From the IMG/VR virus record IMGVR_UViG_3300047325_000170, positions 47,161-111,160 of that record: DNA of 64,000 bases; one strand, 5' to 3'. This DNA comes from a virus. Position numbers and translations under genes: made by a program. The number at the start of each line of letters is the position of its first letter. Position 1 is the stretch's first letter. This document shows positions 32,001 through 39,948 of the stretch, in pieces. The notes under the pieces were generated by a model. It was given only the letters and a program-made list of their open reading frames with translations, searched no databases and was not told where the DNA came from.

Positions 32001-33011
32001 CATGAGGCCGGTAACGACATTGGGATCGCTATCAGGATCAATCCAGGCGCGGTTCCAGCCCACCGCCGGGGACGGCAAGGCATTTGCGGCCGCAGCCAGG
32101 ACTAAGACGAGGTTGCCGACCTTGGGTGCATTGCCCGCATCGAACTGCAAGCCGCCGCCGACCCAGGCGTGCGACTGCACAAAGTAGACACCACCCTGCG
32201 CGGGGATGGGCGTTAAGGGATCGGGATGCTGACGATACCAGAAGCCGGCCTGGTTGACCGAAAGATCCGTTGGGACGTTCGTAAAGTACGGATCGACCGT
32301 GAGGTCTTGGTAATAGCCAGGATAGTTGTTCCACGCCGTTATGGATTCAAGGTTGAAGGGATACGTGGAACTCTGGAGATAGGTCGGCGCCGGTGGGACA
32401 TTGTAGTCGAGGATCGCTGAGAGATCGTTCCCAAGACCGCTCCAGAGGACGAGCGTTCCCTCGGGGATGATCGTGCCAACCTGCGCGAGGTTGAGGACTT
32501 GTGACTCGATAGTCAGGTACTCGCCCGATGCGGCGACGACCGAGGAGATGTAGGGCAGTCCCGATCCACCCGATGCGAGCGGAACCTCCATCTGGATGAT
32601 TGTCTCGAGCGGGTACCCGAAGGGTGGGTAAACAGGAACGACCACCGTCTCACCGACCGGCGGCACAGCGAAGGGAGCTTGGGTGACCCCAATGAACTCG
32701 CCGATGCCGCCACTTGCGATGTTGACGATGGTCGTGTTGTTGCCGCTCGCTGGGAGAGCGGTCGTGTACTGGCCCCAGATGTAGACCTCAACGAGGGGCG
32801 CAAGGCCACCCGCACTACCGGGGGTAAGGAGCGTGCTTAAAGAGGTTGAGGCATCCGCATCAGCCGTAGGCACAACGGCCACGGCATTGGGCAGGACACT
32901 GTAGGTTGAGCCGCCAGCTTCGAAACTGATGACATCAAGGGTCTCGTTCCGAAAGCCCCGGTTGCGAACAACGGGGCTGTATGCTTCGAAACCACCCCAG
33001 TTTGTGCTCAA
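23091..33011 (-). CDS. Giant fibre/adhesin-like virion protein (3306 aa)
   Basis: Ser/Thr/Gly-rich; collagen-like GPT runs; about nine ~90-aa repeats; several 'PT.GN.L...P.GW' domains; GVTSLNG repeats. Confidence 0.8.
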   Translation of the reverse strand: MSTNWGGFEAYSPVVRNRGFRNETLDVISFEAGGSTYSVLPNAVAVVPTADADASTSLSTLLTPGSAGGLAPLVEVYIWGQYTTALPASGNNTTIVNIASGGIGEFIGVTQAPFAVPPVGETVVVPVYPPFGYPLETIIQMEVPLASGGSGLPYISSVVAASGEYLTIESQVLNLAQVGTIIPEGTLVLWSGLGNDLSAILDYNVPPAPTYLQSSTYPFNLESITAWNNYPGYYQDLTVDPYFTNVPTDLSVNQAGFWYRQHPDPLTPIPAQGGVYFVQSHAWVGGGLQFDAGNAPKVGNLVLVLAAAANALPSPAVGWNRAWIDPDSDPNVVTGLMVFYKFWTAEDAASGLTQDVYNTFIYGVPLIFCYELGGVSPTATIDVVDSIVNANGSASVTSQTVTPRVFADFAISWIGLHLDDPGFDPTVLSPGWTLDGYVGYSSAYDENYYQGASAHSLSLTQDEVTPISCTFGINSSSQTGYQQGYHAATILIGSLDPGGIDPPKTYPWILADKININGLPSPPEGQAISYSYGRVPLSSKFFDFGASYISTGEVTGPISVFADSWFNGQMGLTNDMLANNTAWVPQVTAGVPAGSGGIPAAIPAVQTIPSINGITTAYVVSFQVQNQPLDGSLRNLHVWVRQDGDPYWSGWDIIPAQDLADPDLNNLPLVGTYTYTFEDLSNGVIWDFAVSGISTSGTETYITPITTSAGAVPFNPPGLASTNPNLITDSNFDASDFNSSGFAGSSDIWNPYWAGYQVDGVKFGVQRGTTADTTGVENAIFARPTFSGEDGHIVSQVPIPVIPGSYYTLSGYIDATYVTTSSNLPFWGIVDATTAATPGYAQNFNYTTDYANAYQTKGKSGIVSVTWQCPSDGSVLYVRVIQQTNHCGISGGNVFWATPQFEVGKYATGYKPGPENPSISGYSQTLGIRLFPVDSSTLPITITCSADPPLSGSFADANDQQNQGSYRMLNSDSTGTASLFVQTAYNSALPAWKNITSNNHGTTTTTADFGNPSAGASSTFYVADATAFPVGAYALISSVLDGGTVAYVGLITAANLTTGAITATTVQQANVAVIHSGATVTFSGPQGPTGATGSSGHGTTLTTANFTVPTVDSSATVTVEDATAFPVGSYILMPTGGASPYIGQISSNSGSTLGIETINLGSLSAGSVISSGTLVTFTGVPTGVQGPQGPTGPGATYTTAPFSPPAYNTSATLSVSDGIAFPNGAYLLVSNGTVSPYIGQVLSGGGTSNLYVTTVQTGSSGTIAASATVTFSGNPAGPPGPTGPTGPTGPTGPTGPTGPTGSGITQTTAAFDVPAVGGENTLSVVNNTAYTVGAYVLLSTGGLEPYIGQVLAQIGTTGLTLLTIQTGSTSPIPSNTTVGNSGAEGPAGQPIGTIGSVAVQQPYVVQVVNSNGGNTDTNSVSVNVAQPTSGNTLIAILTYSSAMGTNIPTVPSGFSLLDFANHFPYNLAVYTKQAVGSEGTLSFTFSQSDYTAVTVLEVANAGIIQHAMAGTAIAAAQTTPSLGPNALYCLPLALFNIGTGNLPTYNGGWSIISDPEPLYSPHCVQLGPITGPNTSSVSASTLWDNISFTSNENYGNTGLLLIQPASTAQPVIYQHTSATNTGAGTTTLTLSSSAVPGDLVLVWASHKTDAPVLPQTSVWDLVSTVNNGNAELDLFAHVVLAGETAYSFSYAGSAASNYYLQEIQGWSSLQPNSYISTTTNGAGLIPTYNGGLLLAGFTQSGTSTGTAAASGWTSEGVIGAGAYPLDVQVYGSPGNSASLYVPSWSWSSSSGSMPSISVVVNSSGAGSGARGSSGTPGHGATSLTSSYSVPSVNATGTMYVLDGTAFPPGSYILVENGTTSPFFGQVTAQSGNTLTVETFIVGTSSTLSPGAIATFSGPQGATGSQGPTGSVGPTGPTGPSGHGSTTLNATFTPPASGALGVLSVVDSTAFGVGNQILVPSASNGPSPYVGTVVGTAVGSISATTVYSPTYAPLASGSLVTWTGISTGIQGPQGPTGLQGTTGPAGSGGPAGHGATTLVGTFTVPNVGNAATVTVADAYAFPAGVYVQLPSGGTFAYEGYVTGVSGSTLTIQTISLGSATVGQVLSIGTVITFGGPPGAQGNPGGGAGATTITQNFSPPIVGQTTTVSVGSAGIFGNGYVYVQIANNTDYPYIGLITNMNILTNTLTVQTVVQGGATNIPNGSLIAFSGAGGGGLATTSSSFAIPAIASSGTLPVTTTAFYAPNTNVYIASASNSAIFTITNVASATGLTVKTLKTTGWTAGSSSIGSGSAVLYYNPTVEMLEDYVGGSPSNNTNLTYLAASGGWVPQLNALANLSDVATSTQAFGTYLTYNPSPTIRQTVSFASTAAGPTTFSFPTTPIQGNMMLLVIFADGFPYSLPSGWTSIYTQTNNYQTAAAAYKIASGTDTGVTFLSSGNTATSVQLFEIANAGTPAGAQTTTGFSTTGGTLSVTPVINSLVVATFGNRSSSFPVPMSGWTDYEGPTPPVGSGYSWAFDTETITANGSTTYTPTLTANAFTTAGAGTYGLFYIPPANANQPYEFVAISGPISVNGTEVLGPVNIVGSGSTTITASSGTLTISSVASGGLVSSFNGDTGPITLLGSGGTTVTPGTAAGSFVVAGGSPGGVTSLNSATGALAIKAGTNITVVQSGTAITINSTASGSGGGGVTSINGLTGGVTLQQGSNITLTVSGSAINISSTGAGGSATTLAALTDVDTTTQQLGYALVYNPEEPQPSVVQKNSSAYASSTASLVSAPTVGNLLIILGMYYNTGEPSVPSGWTMTFYNTSGYNMAVFTKTSAGSSDQSVALTGSSQNVMYEVNNWGTPSTPVATSSNPTASISVPAYSLSFAIQTFSGGAGTAVASSGWTLDLAGTYLVTQHISNPSAVASQAATTTGSGLTNDYGAIFYVPSVGGTKNYQFANLGGGTTSGGVTTLNGASGTLALVGSGGTTVTRSGSSIIVYSSTSGSGSASGVTSIIGPSSTVTGAITLTGSGVTQSGNTFTIASSGGSGGGGVSYPALASTFYPPAAGSTGTMSFTSAPSLNVGELVQLPSTDGSTPYSCIVQGITGTSVSVLTPYPVTVTGGYPFTIIQSAMAGTFGTQGPSITATLPGTAAASGNTLFAFVYWDGPSQTLNTPSGWTSVSSHTTSPYSGVAIFKKASASDTAVTFNWNNTDEGACIVWEVQGTRSITINSAADATGTYLVRLPSWTPPAGSWPIVLVGLVSHGSYQIGYPPWADLYHCDPADSARSACLLVGKQGANGISNAGGNVSSNSSYQSSSTAVISAYIT

Positions 33012-33050
33012 GCAAAAACCCCTCTAGCGGGAGTACGAGCCCTTACACAC

Positions 33051-33083
33051 AACAAGGCAGTCAGGAGAACCCTGCTGCCTTGT
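33051..33083 (-). terminator. Stem-loop between 33109 gene and fibre gene
   Basis: ACAAGGCAG...CTGCCTTGT inverted repeat; weak U-tract. Confidence 0.5.
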
Positions 33084-33108
33084 CGATGACCTACTGGTGA
33101 GCGAGAAC

Positions 33109-33528
33109 TTAGGAGTTGTCCTCGTACTTCGAGTCGGCAGCGACGCCCGAGATCCCCGAGCCGAAGGGCTGGATGAGTTCGTAGGCCGAGCCACCCTTGC
33201 TGAGGGTCGTCGTCGTGATGCTGTCGTATTCGTAGACCACGCTCTGACCGATGTCGCCAGCCGTCGCGTAGAGGCTGTAGGTCGAGAAGGCCGCGGTGTG
33301 AACGCCGAGAGCTGATGCCGCTCCACTGGAAACCGAGAGGGTTCCCATGTAGACCGCATTGCAGATGTTCACGAGCTGCGCCTGCGAGAAGCCAGAGAGA
33401 TCAGCGGAGGTCGGGTTGCCCTTGTTGAGATTGACTCCCGTGAGCGGGTCATAGAACCCGTAATTCTGGTTAATCGTCCCGAGGATTTTACTCGAGATCC
33501 GCTGGTTGAGAGTTACCGTTAAGGCCAT
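33109..33528 (-). CDS. Small virion protein, paralogue family member C
   Basis: VTLN...FYDPLTGVNL...NPTSADLS...NAVYMGTLSVSSG; RBS AGGAG. Confidence 0.7.
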   Translation of the reverse strand: MALTVTLNQRISSKILGTINQNYGFYDPLTGVNLNKGNPTSADLSGFSQAQLVNICNAVYMGTLSVSSGAASALGVHTAAFSTYSLYATAGDIGQSVVYEYDSITTTTLSKGGSAYELIQPFGSGISGVAADSKYEDNS

Positions 33529-33566
33529 TCAATACTCCTGGGTGTAAGGGTTATCCCAACTAGCGG

Positions 33567-34091
33567 TTAGTAAGAGGCCGCAATCGAAGCCGTCAGAGTC
33601 GTGCTGCCACCGGGGACAATCTGAACGAAGGGTGCGGGGGCGATGGGAACTTCGGCACCGCCATTGACGATGGGCGCAAGGGCTGATCCCCCGCCTGGTG
33701 CCTCGGCTGGGACCCAGGTGACACCGTCTTCACTGACGTTGATCGTGAGAGTCGTGGAACCGGAGGTGTGGAGTAAGACGGTAAGCGAGGCGGCCGGCCC
33801 AACAGGTGCCCAGAGCGAGCTTGAGGACGTTACCGAAGCCGCCGCAGCAAGGACGATAGAGAGACCGCCAGAGTCAGCGCGATAGGCGCTCACCATACTG
33901 CCAGAAGCGACGATGAGGATACCTTCGCTGATCGCAGTCAGGACGTTGAAGAGCGATTGAGCTCCATTACTCGTGATGTCGCCTGAGTACGGGTTCGTCT
34001 GCGTGAGCCGCATGCCGGAGACTGGTTCATAGTACTCGTCGATGCCGGAACGCTCGTCGGCGTTCGAGTTGAGCTTGACGACTAAGGACAA
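33567..34091 (-). CDS. Small virion protein, paralogue family member B
   Basis: VKLN...YYEPVSGMRL...NPYSGDIT...TAISEGILIVASG; RBS GAGGAG. Confidence 0.7.
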   Translation of the reverse strand: MSLVVKLNSNADERSGIDEYYEPVSGMRLTQTNPYSGDITSNGAQSLFNVLTAISEGILIVASGSMVSAYRADSGGLSIVLAAAASVTSSSSLWAPVGPAASLTVLLHTSGSTTLTINVSEDGVTWVPAEAPGGGSALAPIVNGGAEVPIAPAPFVQIVPGGSTTLTASIAASY

Positions 34092-34111
34092 GTCAGTCTC
34101 CTCAGTGAGGG

Positions 34112-34495
34112 CTAGGCCTTGCTCTTCAGCAGCTCATCAAAGTGTTTGAGAGCTGCGACTTGCTCCTTCTCGAGATCTGGCGTCCAGCGCGAGCGCCCCG
34201 ACCCATAGGTCGTAATCTGTTCGGGCTTCACACCCTCGGGGAAGTCTCCCTCGGCAACGATGAGGATGCCATAGTGGATGGCAGTAACAACATCGGCGAG
34301 CTCTTCATTTGAGAGCTTCGAGAGATCGCGAGAGATTGGGCCGGTGTCCGGGATGGGCTTGCTCTTCGCATCAATCTGCGGGCCGAGGAAGAGATTGACC
34401 CCTGCCTTTGAGTTGAACCAGCTTGTTGCTTCAGGATTCCGTGGATTGAGGGCAACGCGGAAGGCGGAGGTGCGTTCAGTCTTCGGTGCAGGCAT
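34112..34495 (-). CDS. Small virion protein, paralogue family member A
   Basis: VALN...WFNSKAGVNL...GPISRDLS...TAIHYGILIVAEG. Confidence 0.7.
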   Translation of the reverse strand: MPAPKTERTSAFRVALNPRNPEATSWFNSKAGVNLFLGPQIDAKSKPIPDTGPISRDLSKLSNEELADVVTAIHYGILIVAEGDFPEGVKPEQITTYGSGRSRWTPDLEKEQVAALKHFDELLKSKA

Positions 34496-34545
34496 AGATC
34501 ACAATCCGTTCATATATCAAGACTTACATCTCAAGCAGACTTCAT

Positions 34546-34827
34546 CTAGCTCTCGGGAGTCGGAGGCGCCATCACAACTTGCTTATGGGCCCGCTTCATC
34601 ATCGTTTGGTAGCGATGAAGGTCTAAAGGGGTGACAACAGGTCCGTGGCGGTAATAAGGATCGTTCGTTGTGGTGTAGGCATAGGCCCCAGAGGCTCCCA
34701 TAATGGGATACATCTGCGCCCGCTTCTGCATTTGCCTATTATACCACTTGCGGCCAGCTGGCGTCGTGTAATCATCCTGGTTGCCGATCATGTGGGGACT
34801 GTCGGCCGTTCGATTAAAGAGCCCCAC
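34546..34827 (-). CDS. Hypothetical protein (93 aa)
   Basis: GTG start behind AAGGAGG; co-oriented in operon. Confidence 0.6.
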   Translation of the reverse strand: MGLFNRTADSPHMIGNQDDYTTPAGRKWYNRQMQKRAQMYPIMGASGAYAYTTTNDPYYRHGPVVTPLDLHRYQTMMKRAHKQVVMAPPTPES

Positions 34828-34863
34828 GACGTCCTCCTTGAGCTGGTATCTACTAGAAGTGGA

Positions 34864-34894
34864 ACCGGCTGGCGGCGAGATGCCGCCAGCCGGT
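34864..34894 (-). terminator. Strong hairpin after major capsid gene
   Basis: 13-bp perfect stem ACCGGCTGGCGGC/GCCGCCAGCCGGT; poor U-tract, so possibly an mRNA stabiliser or partial terminator. Confidence 0.6.
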
Positions 34895-34919
34895 GAAGAT
34901 CTCCAGGCTACGAGCCAGA

Positions 34920-36023
34920 CTACATCGTCTTGACGAGCAGCGGACGGTTGTACGACGGGGTCAGCGAGATGGAGCGGATCTGAACGATACCGCGGCCTTC
35001 GTTGTAGATACCCGGGCTGTAGCGTTCCTTGACGCGGAAGGAGGTGATGTCGTGGATGGGATCCTTGAACTCATCGGTCGACATGTCTTCACGCACGAGG
35101 ATCGCACCGACATTATCACGGTCCAGAAGGAACATGTCGAAGGTGCGGTTGACGCGGTCGATTGGCGCGAAGGGGGTCAGGATCACTTCGAAGCTGAAGG
35201 GCAGGCGCGATTGAATCGACTGCGGTCCAAGCTCGATGTCCTTGACCGGATACGCGACGTTCTGACCCGGGAAGACAACGTTCTGAGCGAGCGATCCGAG
35301 GATGTCGTTCTTCGCGAAGACGGCCCAGACCAGGGGGTGGATCAGCAAGGTCGTGGGGACGTATCCATTATACATCAGCCCGGCAAAGAGGTCGATGAAG
35401 TCGAAGACCGAGAGGGTGTTGTTCGGATTGCCGTCAGGACCAAGGCCCGTCGTGTGCTGGGTCGGGTCGGTCGAGGTGTTGTCCATGAAGACGTGGGAGT
35501 GCTTGTAGAGCTCTTTGAACAGCCACTCTTCCTTGAAGCGAGCCATCGCGCGGCCGGCGTAGCGGAGGTGCATGCCGATGACGTCCCACTCGGAGTCCTG
35601 AATCATTTCGTCGGTAAGACGAACCAGAAGACCGACCTTACGGACCTTCACCTCGAACGTGGAACGGTGACGCTGGAAGTCCAGGGTCTCAGCCTTGTAG
35701 GGCTGCGCTTCGTCGACAAAGTGGGCACGGAGCAGGCCAACTGAGGGGAACTCAATTGAGGTACCCTGCGTCACGCGAATGGTCGTGAAGAACTGGCTTG
35801 CGACGTACACGGGCTCTGCTGCTTCACGCATCACGCCAGTGATGATCTTGGGGACCAACATGGCTGAGTCATCAGAATTCAGAGCTTCAGCAATTCGGAA
35901 GTTGCGAACGGCTTCACCGTCCGCGTTAACGAGGTCATCCCATCCGCCATTCACCCGCTTGTAGGACTCGCTGAAATGACGGGCAACGATCTCCTCGAAG
36001 TTATCCTTGAGGGTTTTAGCCAC
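34920..36023 (-). CDS. Major capsid protein (HK97-fold type)
   Basis: AMLVPKII..VMREAAEP, KVGLLVRLTDEMIQDSEWDVIG, LLIHPL, VKERY; follows protease; start placed at GTG 36023 behind GGAGG. Confidence 0.85.
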   Translation of the reverse strand: MAKTLKDNFEEIVARHFSESYKRVNGGWDDLVNADGEAVRNFRIAEALNSDDSAMLVPKIITGVMREAAEPVYVASQFFTTIRVTQGTSIEFPSVGLLRAHFVDEAQPYKAETLDFQRHRSTFEVKVRKVGLLVRLTDEMIQDSEWDVIGMHLRYAGRAMARFKEEWLFKELYKHSHVFMDNTSTDPTQHTTGLGPDGNPNNTLSVFDFIDLFAGLMYNGYVPTTLLIHPLVWAVFAKNDILGSLAQNVVFPGQNVAYPVKDIELGPQSIQSRLPFSFEVILTPFAPIDRVNRTFDMFLLDRDNVGAILVREDMSTDEFKDPIHDITSFRVKERYSPGIYNEGRGIVQIRSISLTPSYNRPLLVKTM

Positions 36024-36171
36024 TCTAGTATGTTCCTCCACTTGGGAGTGTATTTGTCTTACTTTAGTGGCTGTCAGTCCCTCGGTTGGCGCCGAAGTCC
36101 CGAGCCGTCTAGCTTGGGCCGGGACAGTTGAGCCGTAGCCCAACTGTCCCGCACCCCGAGTTCCCTAGTTC

Positions 36172-37497
36172 TTAGAGGACGTCGATTGCGATACGAGCCG
36201 CCCCAACCGAACCCTTGAAGTCGATGTTGCTGGGAACGCCGACGACCTGGTTCTCAAGGCTGGTGTAGGTGATCGTGTAGGTCTCAGTGCCAGTCTGGTT
36301 CGCAGTCTGGATGTACACGATACCGCGGTAGCGGTCAACGTAGTAGTCGACGAGCTCAACGAGCGGGGTGGTTGCTGCGGCGTTGTTGTACACGAGCATC
36401 TTGGTCGGGAAGGGGTGGTCGGGCGTTGGGTTGGTCGCACCCTGACCGTCCTTCGCAACACGCTTATGCGAGAGGGTGATCGTGTTGATGCCGTTCGCGT
36501 ACGAGTTCTGCGTGCCGTTACCGAGAGACTCGGAGTAGTCGACCGCAGCCATGCGCGCGCCGTCGGTGAGGCCGGGGATACCCATGGCATCCCAGAGCTG
36601 TTCGGGGAAGCGCGTCACAAGGTCGTTGAAGCTGTAGAACGCCGGGTACTGGTTCTGCTGGGCGTTGAGGTCGGGGCGCTGGGCGGTCGTGGTGCCCGAG
36701 GTGCCGCCGGTCGTGTCGCCCGCAGATCCATCAGGAGTCTGAAGCGGCGCGTTGACGTCATACGGGTTGAACATTTCCCACTGTCCCATACCTTGCGCGT
36801 CCATGCTCATCCACTCCCACATCACCCACTGCAGCCAGCCCTGGACGGGGATGGAGCGGTCGATCATGATGACCTGACCGATCTTCTGGGTGGTCTCGGT
36901 GTCGAGGCTCTGGTCCCACTTGGTGACCTTGCCGTTGGGATCGCTCATCACGTGGTCGCCCATGTTGAGGACCGAATTGCCACCGAGTGCCGCATTGTCA
37001 TACACGCAGCCCCACTTCATCGACTGTGCGAGGGACGCATTGGACGAGAAGTACGGAAGCGAGATGTACGACTTGCGGGTGATCGTTGGGTAGTTACCCT
37101 TGAAGCGGTCGTTCAGACGACGGTAGCAGTTCTTGAACGCGATACCGATGGGAACGTTCGCCGTGCGGGTGTAGGAGCCGTAGGGGCCAGTCACGGTCGT
37201 GGTCGTACCGCCATTGGCGATAGTGAGGCACGGAGCCATGAAGTCGACGTCGTAGTCCTTAGCGTATGGTGCGCCGTAGCGGTGAGCAACGACGGTACCC
37301 TTGGGGATCTGGACTTCGGCCGGACGGAAGTAGGTGCCCGAGAACGGATAGGTGAATTGGACCGGAAGGTACGGGTCCGTAATGAAGACTTCCGCGATCT
37401 GCTTGAGATCATCGGAGATGATCAGCTGATTCTGGGTGCGGAAGACGTTATTGGGACCGTCTTCGAGGATCCACGAACCACCATTAGGTAGAAGCAT
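36172..37497 (-). CDS. Putative capsid decoration/structural protein
   Basis: Between protease and capsid genes; strong RBS GGAGG. Confidence 0.6.
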   Translation of the reverse strand: MLLPNGGSWILEDGPNNVFRTQNQLIISDDLKQIAEVFITDPYLPVQFTYPFSGTYFRPAEVQIPKGTVVAHRYGAPYAKDYDVDFMAPCLTIANGGTTTTVTGPYGSYTRTANVPIGIAFKNCYRRLNDRFKGNYPTITRKSYISLPYFSSNASLAQSMKWGCVYDNAALGGNSVLNMGDHVMSDPNGKVTKWDQSLDTETTQKIGQVIMIDRSIPVQGWLQWVMWEWMSMDAQGMGQWEMFNPYDVNAPLQTPDGSAGDTTGGTSGTTTAQRPDLNAQQNQYPAFYSFNDLVTRFPEQLWDAMGIPGLTDGARMAAVDYSESLGNGTQNSYANGINTITLSHKRVAKDGQGATNPTPDHPFPTKMLVYNNAAATTPLVELVDYYVDRYRGIVYIQTANQTGTETYTITYTSLENQVVGVPSNIDFKGSVGAARIAIDVL

Positions 37498-37600
37498 TAG
37501 CTGTTATCCTCCAGACTGTTGGGGCGAAGTCTTCCACCGCTACAACAGTGCAGGTTTGACTAGCAACTTGCATGCCTACTACCGGGGTAGGCTCGGGTTC

Positions 37601-39508
37601 CTAGGCTTGCTTCCGGGTCATCTCATTGACCTGCTTCACAACCTTGCGGCGGGCACGGGTGCTGCCGAAGTAAGCTGCAAGCAAGGTCTCTGAGTCTGGA
37701 GCCGAAACCGTTTTGTCGACCGTTTTGTCGTTTTCGCCACCATGCGAGAGGCCCTTGGTGGGAACCGTCGCGCTGACGAAGAGCTGTTGGCCGGCTTCTT
37801 CCTTGAGGCTGGTAAGCACGCCTTCGAGGAAGCTGTCGTCCTTAGAAGAGAGCTCGGTCGTCTTCGCTTCAACCTCATCCTCAGCGATATTCTGAAGGAG
37901 AAGGATCATCTCGATGACCTGGCTCTTCGCGGCGGACTGGAGTTCAGTAACTTGTTCGATGAGCTCGTCAGCCTCAGCTTCGCGCTCGAGGAGGATCCGC
38001 TCCACTTCGGCAAGGGCGTCCTTGGTTTCCTCGAGCTCAGCCGTAACTTGTTCAGTATCAGCTGAGGTCAGGGCTTCCAGCTCTTCGGCGGTTAGGACGC
38101 TGAGGCCGTGCGCGGCGAGGACTTCCTTCGCGTCGGCGACATCTTCGGCGGTTTGCTTGGCCTTATTGGTATCGGAGGCAAGTCCCGCCTTCACCGCAGC
38201 GGCCTTGAGCTTCGCGAGGGCCTTAGCCTTATCAGCGGTCTCAAAGCCAGCAACCTGCTCCCAGCGGGAGAGGGCCGTGCGGAGGAGTTCCTTATCCAGG
38301 GAGCCGTCAGCCTTCTTATAGGGAAGGGCCCGCAGCTTCTTTTCTCCCACAACCTTCACAAGCGCAAAGGCAGAATCTGAGAGATCTGCCTGGTTCCTGC
38401 TGGATAGTACACTCTGCTGCAAGGCAATTAGCTCAGCTTCAAGATGTTCGTTGTTGTCGAACACGTACGAAGTAAGCTTCTCAAGCTCAGCCTGGCCGAG
38501 CGGCGCGTCCCCAGACATGACCTGCTCTTCGAGGGAAAGCTCCCCACCCGTGAGGAGAACCTCAAGGGCCGTGGCCGTCTCAAAGTAGAAAGTCAGGGGA
38601 TCGTTCTCGTAGAGATCCCGGTCCGCTTCGTCGAGGCCCTCGATGAGGCTCGCAACGGAGCGCTCCGTTACGACCTCTTCACCTGTCGGAGTCTCGTCCT
38701 CGTTGTTCGGGGCGATGACATCGAGCTCTTTTGAGGCCGCCTGGGCGGTCTCAGTGAACGCTGGGTCAAGCAGGTTGAGGGGGGCTGAGCCCTCTTCGCC
38801 CGTCAGTGACATCTCCTTGACTGCGTAGGACTTCACCTTGGAACGCATGTCGGAGGGGACGGCCACGACGGAATATTCACGGGCCCAAACATTACCAATG
38901 TTGATGTGCATGCGGCGGGCACCCTTGGCGTGGGCTTCAGCATCGACCCACTGGCCCTCGGTCTCAGAGCCCTTGGGGCCCTTCTGGTACCACTTGCCGC
39001 GCTCGTGTTCGCAGCGGGCAGCCCAGCCCTTCATGAAGTCCATCCCACAGATCGAGCACTCGGCCTTATCGACATCCATGCCGATAGAGCCCGTGGAGTA
39101 CTCGCCGCGCATGAACTTCTCGATAGCCATGGGGTCCGTGATGCGAGCCGTGATCTCAACGTGGCCGGGGGTGCGGCCTTCCTTCTCGACCCACTCCGCC
39201 TTGATAACGCGGCCAATCGTGTTGTCGACCTCGGCGGAATCATGGTTCTTGAGGATGGGGGCACCGTAGGGATCAATCCAGCTCTCGAGGCCGCCAACCT
39301 GACCCTGGTCGTTCTTTTCCTTATGGGTCAGGCCTTCTTTAGAGTAGAAGGTGTTATTGCGAGTCAGGCCCTCGTGGATTGCGGCAATCTTCACTTCCAG
39401 GGCATGGCTACCGCCGTCCGGGAGGAGTGCTTCGGTTACCCGCTGTGTGGCAGACTCATCAAGCTTGGGAAGAATGAGTCCGAAGGTTTCGTTGATACGG
39501 AGCATCAA
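37601..39508 (-). CDS. Prohead protease with acidic scaffold-like C-terminus
   Basis: PILKNHD...IGRV, YSTGSIG, CSICG...CEH, EYSVVAVPSD; acidic coiled-coil C-terminal half. Confidence 0.8.
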   Translation of the reverse strand: MMLRINETFGLILPKLDESATQRVTEALLPDGGSHALEVKIAAIHEGLTRNNTFYSKEGLTHKEKNDQGQVGGLESWIDPYGAPILKNHDSAEVDNTIGRVIKAEWVEKEGRTPGHVEITARITDPMAIEKFMRGEYSTGSIGMDVDKAECSICGMDFMKGWAARCEHERGKWYQKGPKGSETEGQWVDAEAHAKGARRMHINIGNVWAREYSVVAVPSDMRSKVKSYAVKEMSLTGEEGSAPLNLLDPAFTETAQAASKELDVIAPNNEDETPTGEEVVTERSVASLIEGLDEADRDLYENDPLTFYFETATALEVLLTGGELSLEEQVMSGDAPLGQAELEKLTSYVFDNNEHLEAELIALQQSVLSSRNQADLSDSAFALVKVVGEKKLRALPYKKADGSLDKELLRTALSRWEQVAGFETADKAKALAKLKAAAVKAGLASDTNKAKQTAEDVADAKEVLAAHGLSVLTAEELEALTSADTEQVTAELEETKDALAEVERILLEREAEADELIEQVTELQSAAKSQVIEMILLLQNIAEDEVEAKTTELSSKDDSFLEGVLTSLKEEAGQQLFVSATVPTKGLSHGGENDKTVDKTVSAPDSETLLAAYFGSTRARRKVVKQVNEMTRKQA

Positions 39509-39516
39509 TAGGTCCT

Positions 39517-39948
39517 TTATCGGGGATTGCTCAGCACTTGCCGGATGACGTGCTCACACTGGTCGATGTCGCCGTTGATCTGGGAGCCAGAGAAACGCAG
39601 GACGGTCCAACCTAGACTCTCAAGCTCCACCTGCCGGCGCTTGTCACGCGCCTTCTGGGCGGGGGTTGAGTGGTAGGCGGCACCGTCACATTCGATAGCC
39701 ACCAGAGATCCCGGGATTGCGAAATCGAGGTAGTAGTACCCGCGTATCCGGCGCTTGACCGGGTATTGGGGCGTCGCTGAGATGCCCCAGCGTTTGAGGG
39801 CGGACCCCATCCGGATCTCGATCCAGGTTGGTTGTGGTCGCCGCCTTCTGTTTTTAACAGTACTAGAGCTATGCTTGCGTTTCGGTCGAGTTCGAGGACG
39901 GGCAGCTTTCTTCTTCGCCTTCTTGAGGGTCTTTTTCTTAACTGCCAA
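39517..39948 (-). CDS. DUF559/Vsr-like endonuclease with basic N-terminus
   Basis: QYPV...YYLDFA...VAIECDGAAYH...RDKRRQ..LESLGWTVLRF. Confidence 0.8.
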   Translation of the reverse strand: MAVKKKTLKKAKKKAARPRTRPKRKHSSSTVKNRRRRPQPTWIEIRMGSALKRWGISATPQYPVKRRIRGYYYLDFAIPGSLVAIECDGAAYHSTPAQKARDKRRQVELESLGWTVLRFSGSQINGDIDQCEHVIRQVLSNPR

